From positions 180,001 through 212,000 of the forward strand of contig OY843585.1 of assembly GCA_963692945.1 (NCBI GenBank): 32,000 nucleotides of DNA, read 5' to 3'. The notes under the pieces are model-generated. The model ran no database searches. It was not told the DNA's origin and saw only the letters and a list, made by a program, of their open reading frames with translations. Position 1 is the stretch's first letter. Every line of letters begins with the position of its first letter. Below, one piece after another: positions 1 through 5,470 of the stretch. This DNA comes from Bdellovibrionales bacterium. GTDB taxonomy: Bacteria > Bdellovibrionota > Bdellovibrionia > Bdellovibrionales > UBA1609. Both the position numbers and the translations under genes were made by a program.

Positions 1-9
1 GGACTGCTC

Positions 10-38
10 TTGAAAATAAGTTTAGTTTTATATAGGAT
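10..38 (+). promoter_or_regulatory. candidate sigma70-type promoter upstream of tRNA-Asn
   Basis: TTGAAA at 10-15, 17-nt spacer, TAGGAT at 33-38, about 11 nt before the mature tRNA 5' end at 50. Hexamer match only. Confidence 0.25.
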
Positions 39-49
39 GGTTTTTATTC

Positions 50-125
<76 letters not shown>

Positions 126-158
126 TTTTTAAACGGAAAAATAAATATTTACTAAATT

Positions 159-192
159 AAAAAAAGGGGAAGCGAAAGCTTTCTATTTTTTT
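159..192 (+). terminator. candidate intrinsic terminator downstream of tRNA-Asn
   Basis: Hairpin GGAAGC-GAAA-GCTTTC (168-183) followed by TATTTTTTT (184-192) and preceded by an A-run. The mirror copy near tRNA-Ser differs only in the loop (GAAT), so the stem is conserved. Confidence 0.45.
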
Positions 193-226
193 AATTTATT
201 ACTGCTTTAAATAGGTAGAGGTTGTA

Positions 227-389
227 GGACTTGAAACGAAAGAACGACCTGTGTTGCTTGCGACTTTAGGAGCAAGGAATACTGGGAAGAAAAACAGGAT
301 GTTTTTCTTAGTGACTGAGGTGAGCCTACGCAATGAGTGAGCTGGATGCGAGGGAATGTAGTAGGCAAGTCCCTCCGCCTGAGCCATTT
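227..389 (+). repeat. tRNA-3'-end-tagged structured repeat, copy A (candidate ncRNA or miniature mobile element)
   Basis: 163 nt, near-identical to 409-571 and homologous to the reverse complement of 4745-4931. Hairpins at 254-279 and 287-309 (10-bp stem AAGAAAAACA/TGTTTTTCTT). T-arm-like stem GAGGGA/TCCCTC at 350-375. The last 24 nt (366-389) are identical to tRNA-Asn positions 105-128, including CCA plus TTT. Confidence 0.7.
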
Positions 390-408
390 ACAAAAAACAA
401 AACTTATT

Positions 409-571
409 GGACTTGAAACGAAGGAACGACCTGTGTTGCTTGCGACTTTAGGAGCAAGGAATACAGGGAAGAAAAACAGGATGTTTTTCTTAGTGACTGA
501 GGTGAGCCTACGCAATGAGTGAGCTGGATGCGAGGGAATGTAGTAGGCAAGCCCCTCCGCCTGAGCCATTT
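409..571 (+). repeat. tRNA-3'-end-tagged structured repeat, copy B (tandem with copy A, period 182 nt)
   Basis: Differs from copy A at about 3 positions. Ends with CAAGCCCCTCCGCCTGAGCCATTT (548-571), the tRNA-Asn 3' end with one mismatch at 552. Confidence 0.7.
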
Positions 572-572
572 A

Positions 573-950
573 CAAAACTCTAGTTCAGTTAAGGTAAATT
601 TCTACTCTTATTCTAACGAGCTTTTCATCGCAAGAGAGACGCTCTTCAAATCTCGTTAGAATAAAAGTTACTTAATAGGCTTATGTTTGAACTAGAGAAA
701 AACTGCTGTTTTTCGCATATTAATTTAGGAGGTTTTCATCGTAAGAGGGACACTCTTCAAATCTCGTTAAAATAAAAGATTTAAACATAGAGAAAAACTA
801 CGGTTTTTCGCATATGGGTAATCTCTTCAAGTTCAGAAAATAAGAAAGGTATTCCTAGAGAAAAACTGCTGTTTTTCGCATATTAGTAATCTCTTCAAAT
901 CTCATTAAAATAAGAGTTGCTTAATAGGTTTATGCTTGAACTAGAGTTTT
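573..950. repeat. mosaic MITE/REP-like repeat cluster
   Basis: Bounded by CAAAACTCTAGTTCA (573-587) and its inverted partner TGAACTAGAGTTTT (937-950), with an internal partner at 688-697. Contains a 13-bp-stem hairpin module (608-620 pairs with 652-664, plus an inner AAGAG/CTCTT-type hairpin). Three GAAAAAC-N4-GTTTTTC hairpins lie at 697-714, 792-809 and 860-877, each followed by CGCATAT and a CTCTTCAA(A/G)T module. Confidence 0.65.
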
Positions 951-962
951 TTATCATAGACT

Positions 963-2342
963 CTACTTTGATGAGAACTTAATGTTATTATCTCTCAAAA
1001 ACTTTTTTACATCGTTAATCGCTATAGCAAAATTTAAATTTTGTGTAGCAACAATATGATCTATAATCAAAACAGGAACACCTATAACCTCTTGAGTACT
1101 CTCTAAAAATAAAGCACCACCACTGTTTCCAGAAGACGTTGGACTTGTGTATTGGATATAATTACGATGCTCTTCTTTGCGGATTTGTGAGATATACCCT
1201 TTAGTCAATGTCCCACGAAGACCTTGAGGAGATCCTGAAACTACAACTTCTTGTAAAAGTTCCAAGTTATCAGAATTTCCTAGTTTCACAGGGATCCCTA
1301 CAGGTTTATCTATTTGTAAAACCGCTAAATCCTTTGTTGAATCTATAGCTAAAATTTCTTTAACTACAAATTCCCGTCCATCAAAAAGACGAACTATATA
1401 CTTTGTTTCATATTCATGGTCTTTAATCCTCTCTTTAGAAGGTTGAACAACATGGTAATTGGTTACAATCTTATCTTTATCAACAAAAAAACCACTCCCT
1501 AAACCACCTATTTGTTTCCTCATGTTGTTTTCTATCATTTCCATAATCTCTTCTAGCTCTCTATTAGTGTCATCATCATCTTCTTCTTCCTTCACACTTC
1601 CTATGTCTTCCATCACACTTCTTACGTCTTCAACCAACTTTTCTATTTCTTTTTTTCTCTCTTTTTCTCTCTCTTCATCCTTATAAGTTGCTTTTTCAAT
1701 AGACGTAATTGTCACAACAGAATTTAAAAAAACATGACTAGATATCTTTGCATCTTCAAGGTCTTCCATTTTTACATCTGGTAAATCAAGAACTTCTTCC
1801 ACATTGTATAAAGACACATTTGAAGCCACACCTGCACCTATACCTCCACAAATAACAGGAGCCTTCAAAATTCCAGGTAATAAAAACATTCCAACTGTCG
1901 TTAACCCATAAAGCAATACTTTAGGATCTTTAGTTACAATGTGTTTCCCTGTTTGATAAGATGTGAAACAAGCTACACCATTTAAAGCAAGAGATGTCCA
2001 CCAAGCTACAATGGGTACCGAAGTCCAGTATCCAGCAACTTGCTCAGGCTTAAAAACTTGAGCTGTTTTTTGAGACCAACCTAAAATAAAATTTTCTTGC
2101 TCTTCACTACAAATAGGAAGAGATAAAGAAGCACTTAAGGATTTTTCACTACTAAAAATCTTTTCAGCAGAAGAAATTTTCAAAAAGTTAGGTAAGAGAT
2201 GAGGTTTGTTATCTAAAGAAGTTACACAGGAAGGCATTCCATCAACAGAAAGCACAGCATAAGATTTCCCTCCATTCTCAAGTTTTTGTGGAGATAGGCG
2301 ATGGGGGGGGGGTAGGAGACATTGTTGACTTTGGTACTCCAT
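963..2342 (-). CDS. trypsin-like (S1/HtrA-type, no PDZ seen) serine protease with hydrophobic N-terminal region and acidic coiled-coil linker; body of a frameshifted or phase-variable gene
   Basis: C-terminal domain carries the catalytic triad context: GSGFFV..TNYHVV (His), KDLAVLQI (Asp), TSSGNSGGALF (Ser). Two hydrophobic segments (about aa 105-125 and 145-175) are followed by an E/D/K-rich linker. The ATG at 2342 has no Shine-Dalgarno; the likely true start is at 2400 in another frame (see the 2278-2400 and 2303-2312 features). Confidence 0.75.
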   Translation of the reverse strand: MEYQSQQCLLPPPHRLSPQKLENGGKSYAVLSVDGMPSCVTSLDNKPHLLPNFLKISSAEKIFSSEKSLSASLSLPICSEEQENFILGWSQKTAQVFKPEQVAGYWTSVPIVAWWTSLALNGVACFTSYQTGKHIVTKDPKVLLYGLTTVGMFLLPGILKAPVICGGIGAGVASNVSLYNVEEVLDLPDVKMEDLEDAKISSHVFLNSVVTITSIEKATYKDEEREKERKKEIEKLVEDVRSVMEDIGSVKEEEDDDDTNRELEEIMEMIENNMRKQIGGLGSGFFVDKDKIVTNYHVVQPSKERIKDHEYETKYIVRLFDGREFVVKEILAIDSTKDLAVLQIDKPVGIPVKLGNSDNLELLQEVVVSGSPQGLRGTLTKGYISQIRKEEHRNYIQYTSPTSSGNSGGALFLESTQEVIGVPVLIIDHIVATQNLNFAIAINDVKKFLRDNNIKFSSK

Positions 2343-2400
2343 AGGATATTGGTAAATACGAAAAAAATAAAAAACTACATACTAAAACAAATCTTTTCAT
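2278..2400 (-). CDS. signal-peptide-encoding 5' fragment (40 codons), out of frame with the protease body
   Basis: TAGGAGGGGTTTG-ATG gives a strong SD 6 nt upstream of the ATG at 2400. It encodes MKRFVLVCSFLFFSYLPISYGVPKSTMSPTPPPSPISTKT*, with a classic n/h/c signal peptide. The frame runs through the C10 tract and stops at TGA 2278-2280. Removing one C or adding two fuses it to the 963-2342 ORF. Confidence 0.6.
   Translation of the reverse strand: MKRFVLVCSFLFFSYLPISYGVPKSTMSPTPPPSPISTKT
2303..2312 (-). other. homopolymeric C10 tract (G10 on + strand) at the frameshift site
   Basis: Ten consecutive G on the + strand, counted directly, in an AT-rich sequence. It lies between the signal peptide frame and the protease frame. 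Confidence 0.9.
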
Positions 2401-2485
2401 CAAACCCCTCCTAATTAAAAATAGTTAGCGAAATATAATCCACTTATTTTAAAAAAACAAGGCATCAATGATAATTGTGAAAAAA

Positions 2486-3802
2486 TTACATCTTCTTATT
2501 TTTGGCTTTATAGCTTTCTGAAATTTGAAAATCAAGCCGGTTGATAAGCTGGTCAAGAGCATTTCCCTTATCAGGATGAGTAACCACTTCATCGGGATAA
2601 ACTATTTTTTCTTGAGAGAGACGATTTAATTTATTTAATGTCGCTTTGAGATTCTTTAAATTTTTTATAAAGACAGCCCGATTTGTTTTTAGAGCCACTG
2701 CTTTTAAATCTTTATATGCCAATCTATATTGAGGAGGTACCCTGTTATCCTCCATAAAAAGAACTTTAGCATCTAAAAAAATTCCTTCTAGCATATTGAT
2801 AGGCCCTAAAACAAGAGTTACATTGGCTAGAGAATGTAAAGCAGGTGTATAACCTATGATGTCGTTGATAAATAAAGTTTTTTCATTTTTCTGAATAAGT
2901 TTTATATCCTTCTTTGATAATTGACTTAAATAAAATATTTTATCAAACTGCTTTGAGAGTTTATCAATCATTTGATCTCTTACTTTAGAATTAAAATGAA
3001 ATGTAAGAAAGAAAGTATTAAATTTTTGATTCATAAAATCTGCAAAAATTTCAAAAAACTCTACTTGCTCAACTTCTATGGGGCTTGTTATCTGATTCCT
3101 TAGCGGTTTTGAAAATTGCACTTGATACTCGAAATTTTTTATATAAAGTGAAACAGATTTGCTTTCTTCTAAAAAAGGAAAAAGTTTTTTATAATTGGAA
3201 TTTATATTTTTTTGAGAACTATTTGCTTTTTTTAACAAAGCCATATCAATAATTTGTTTATGTGTCATCAGGTAATTATTTAAATCTTCTTCAGAGCGTA
3301 ACTTGTATTCTGCAGGAATTAAATACTGATTTTCTACAACATCTACAACTTTTAATTGAATATGAACATCTGAATCCTTATTCAGTCCCTGATTTAATTT
3401 TTCTATCTTAGTATAACGATTGCTATAATTTCTTTTAATGATCTTAGCTTTAGGAAAAATAAGATGTATGACTTGAGTTACAAAAAGCCTTTGAATATGT
3501 TCTCCTTTGTACGCAGCTTTGTTTCCTAAATAAGGAAAGTCAAAATAAAGATTTTCTCCCTCTTTAAAAAGTTTTTGGAGTGTTAAAACCTTAGGATGAG
3601 ATAGGATTTTATTTTTTGTATCTAAAGGCAATTCTCTTATATATCCTGTTGTAGGTAGATGAGGATATATCAAATCTTCTTTTGATTCCTGATACTCATC
3701 TATTTCAAAAATATTTTTACAATTACTTTCAGAAGCTAATAAAAAGTTGGGGATACTCAAAAAAAATAAGAGTGTAAAGAAAATTATTGTTTTCATATTC
3801 AT
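2486..3802 (-). CDS. secreted hypothetical protein (orphan, 438 aa)
   Basis: Long uninterrupted ORF. N-terminal signal peptide MNMKTIIFFTLLFFLSIPNFLLASE. K/N-rich with no motif I recognise. Confidence 0.7.
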   Translation of the reverse strand: MNMKTIIFFTLLFFLSIPNFLLASESNCKNIFEIDEYQESKEDLIYPHLPTTGYIRELPLDTKNKILSHPKVLTLQKLFKEGENLYFDFPYLGNKAAYKGEHIQRLFVTQVIHLIFPKAKIIKRNYSNRYTKIEKLNQGLNKDSDVHIQLKVVDVVENQYLIPAEYKLRSEEDLNNYLMTHKQIIDMALLKKANSSQKNINSNYKKLFPFLEESKSVSLYIKNFEYQVQFSKPLRNQITSPIEVEQVEFFEIFADFMNQKFNTFFLTFHFNSKVRDQMIDKLSKQFDKIFYLSQLSKKDIKLIQKNEKTLFINDIIGYTPALHSLANVTLVLGPINMLEGIFLDAKVLFMEDNRVPPQYRLAYKDLKAVALKTNRAVFIKNLKNLKATLNKLNRLSQEKIVYPDEVVTHPDKGNALDQLINRLDFQISESYKAKNKKM

Positions 3803-3876
3803 AGTGGTAAATAAAGAATCTCATTTTGTAAATAAAAAAATAAAACACTGGAAAAAAAGACACACTATTTGATTTA

Positions 3877-3988
3877 CAAAACTCTAGTTCAAATCCTTTA
3901 TTTTAACGAGATTTGAAGAGTGTCCCTCTTTACGATGAAAAGCTCGTTAAAATAAGAGTAGGAAATACTTTTTTGAACGAGAGTTTTG
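3877..3988. repeat. 112-bp MITE-like element of the same family as 573-950
   Basis: Terminal inverted repeats CAAAACTCTAGTTCAAA (3877-3893) and TTTGAACGAGAGTTTTG (3972-3988) match at 15/17. The internal 13-bp stem TTATTTTAACGAG (3898-3910) / CTCGTTAAAATAA (3943-3955) encloses GAAGAGTGTCCCTCTT. Confidence 0.65.
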
Positions 3989-3996
3989 TTTAGGAT

Positions 3997-4344
3997 TTAA
4001 ACATATTTAATGACTGCAACAGCAATACCCATAAATGTAGGGAGAAGCAAAGTAATAAGCCATGTAGAAACTTTTTGATAATACTTTATACTAACCACAC
4101 TTGCACTGAGTTCAGCATGATCGGTTTTAAGACTTTCTACTTTTGTATCTAATTTATCTACCCTTACATCTAAATCAACCACCTTTTCATCCAATCTATC
4201 TATTCTTGCAGATAATCCATCTATCTTTGTATCTATCTTTGAATCTAGATTTTCTACTTTTCCATCTAATGTTTGCATTTGTGTAGATAATTTTTTTATT
4301 TCAAAAAGAATTTCATTTTGTCCTAAAGCATTGGCGTTCATCAT
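3997..4344 (-). CDS. tail-anchored coiled-coil membrane protein (XhlA-like architecture, homology unverified)
   Basis: SD AGGGAGA upstream of ATGATG. Repeated LDxK(V/I)xxLD heptad/undecad pattern across aa 25-75. Single C-terminal TM segment WLITLLLPTFMGIAVAVIKYV. Confidence 0.7.
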   Translation of the reverse strand: MMNANALGQNEILFEIKKLSTQMQTLDGKVENLDSKIDTKIDGLSARIDRLDEKVVDLDVRVDKLDTKVESLKTDHAELSASVVSIKYYQKVSTWLITLLLPTFMGIAVAVIKYV

Positions 4345-4536
4345 TTTTTCTCCCTATTTTGAGTGTCACTATTGTTTTTATAAAAAATCATTTTTGAACA
4401 AGAATATCTTAACATAAATTGTAAAAAAACTCCATCCAAAAAACTTTTACTCATTACTAAAGCAAATATTATGGCTCTATATAACTTCTAAAAGCAGTTT
4501 TTTTACAACTTTTTTGTATTACTGACGAATATCGGA

Positions 4537-4744
4537 TAAAACTCTAGTGTGTGAATTTTTATTTTAATGAGATTTGAAGAGTGTCCCTTTTACGACGAAA
4601 ACCTCGTTAGAAAATGATGCGAAAAACCAACACTGCGAAAAACAGTAGTTTTTCTCTATGAAACTCTACTTATTTTCTGAACTTGAAGAGTGTCCCTCTT
4701 ACGATGAAAGCTCAAAAAGTAAAAAGGGAAGAACGAGAGTTTTA
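4537..4744. repeat. mosaic MITE/REP-like repeat cluster, inverted relative to 573-950
   Basis: AAAACTCTAGTG at 4537-4549 and GAACGAGAGTTTTA at 4731-4744. GAGATTTGAAGAGTGTCCC modules lie at about 4571-4590 and 4683-4700. GAAAAAC-AGTA-GTTTTTC hairpin at 4637-4654. The cluster directly abuts the tRNA-Ser 3'-end copy. Confidence 0.6.
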
Positions 4745-4931
4745 TAAATGGCGGAGAGGGAGGGATTTGCCTACTACATTCCCTCGCATCCTGCTCACTC
4801 ATTGCGTAGGCTCACCTCAATCACTAAGAAAAACTTCCTGTTTTTCTTCCCTGTATCACTTGCTCCTAAAGTCACAAGTGATTTACTCCTAAAGTCGCAA
4901 GCAACACAGGTCGTTCTTTCGTTTCAAATCC
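4745..4931 (-). repeat. tRNA-3'-end-tagged structured repeat, copy C
   Basis: The reverse complement is homologous to copies A and B, with a 24-nt internal duplication (CTCCTAAAGTC at 4863-4873 and 4886-4896). On its own strand it ends with the tRNA-Ser 3' end: 4745-4769 is identical to 5026-5050 (25 nt, including CCA). Stem ATCACTTG/CAAGTGAT (4855-4862 / 4875-4882) carries changes compensatory relative to copies A and B. Confidence 0.7.
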
Positions 4932-4963
4932 TCAACCTCTACCTATTTAAAGCAGTAATAAAT

Positions 4964-4998
4964 TAAAAAAATAGAAAGCATTCGCTTCCCCTTTTTTT
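4964..4998 (-). terminator. candidate intrinsic terminator downstream of tRNA-Ser
   Basis: Mirror of 159-192. Stem GAAAGC/GCTTCC at 4974-4979 / 4984-4989 with a T-run on the minus strand (A-run 4964-4970 on +). Confidence 0.45.
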
Positions 4999-5029
4999 AA
5001 TTTAGTAAATATTTATTTTTCCGTGTAAA

Positions 5030-5119
5030 TGGCGGAGAGGGAGGGATTTGAACCCCCGAGACCCGTAAAGGCCTGCCGGTTTTCAAGACCGGTGCAATCA
5101 ACCGCTCTGCCACCTCTCC
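5030..5119 (-). tRNA. tRNA-Ser (anticodon TGA)
   Basis: 90 nt class II tRNA. Acceptor GGAGAGG/CCTCTCC. Anticodon stem CCGGT/ACCGG with loop CTTGAAA (TGA). Long variable arm. T arm GGGGG-TTCAAAT-CCCTC. Discriminator G and encoded CCA. Confidence 0.9.
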
Positions 5120-5127
5120 ACATAATT

Positions 5128-5400
5128 TTACGAGCTATAAGCCCATAATATATAAAACCTCAATAAAAAAGCAAAAACTACAAGTAAAAAATCTATAAGG
5201 AAAAGAGTTATAAATCCATAACCTTTCATCACATACAAAAAAGCCATTGTTATAGAAATCAAAATAAAAACAAAAGAAAAACTTCCATATCTAATAAATT
5301 CCTGCCCAACAAGAGCTATCACATAAGCAATCGCTAAGCCAGATAAGATTTTCATCAACTTTAAAGATATCTTTTGAAAAGTTTTATATTTATCAGACAT
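5128..5400 (-). CDS. small integral membrane protein (3 predicted TM segments)
   Basis: 90-aa ORF, almost entirely hydrophobic helices. No SD seen. Ends 9 nt upstream of the tRNA-Ser 5' end. Confidence 0.5.
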   Translation of the reverse strand: MSDKYKTFQKISLKLMKILSGLAIAYVIALVGQEFIRYGSFSFVFILISITMAFLYVMKGYGFITLFLIDFLLVVFAFLLRFYILWAYSS

Positions 5401-5470
5401 TCTTTTTATTTCAAATTTAAAACATCTAAAAAGTCAAGAATAAGAAAAAACAATACACTATAGATCACCC

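Noticed and set aside
199-569. ORF-track entries 199-387 (-), 207-569 (-) and 337-522 (+), and the mirror entries 4683-4892 (+) and 4748-4966 (+).
   Set aside because: They lie entirely within the tRNA-tagged repeat copies. They read through the tRNA-derived 3' tag and the tandem junction, have no SD, and their similarity to each other simply reflects the DNA repeat. Substitutions between copies show no codon-position pattern that I can see.
126-571. Classical prophage or genomic-island attL/attR at tRNA-Asn.
   Set aside because: The direct repeats of the tRNA 3' end are real. However, the enclosed segments are only 264 and 182 bp, no integrase is present, and the same element body carries a tRNA-Ser tag at the other locus. 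I kept it as an open finding rather than calling it an island.
693-882. Possible CRISPR array: the ~28-nt unit TAGAGAAAAAC-N4-GTTTTTCGCATAT is repeated three times.
   Set aside because: There are only three units with irregular spacing (67 and 39 nt). The spacers share sequence modules with each other and with inverted copies at 4537-4744. No cas genes are in the window. This fits a mosaic REP/MITE-like repeat better.
1459-1686. 75-aa Ser/Leu-rich plus-strand ORF.
   Set aside because: It is antisense to the E/K-rich linker of the protease gene, a low-complexity shadow ORF.
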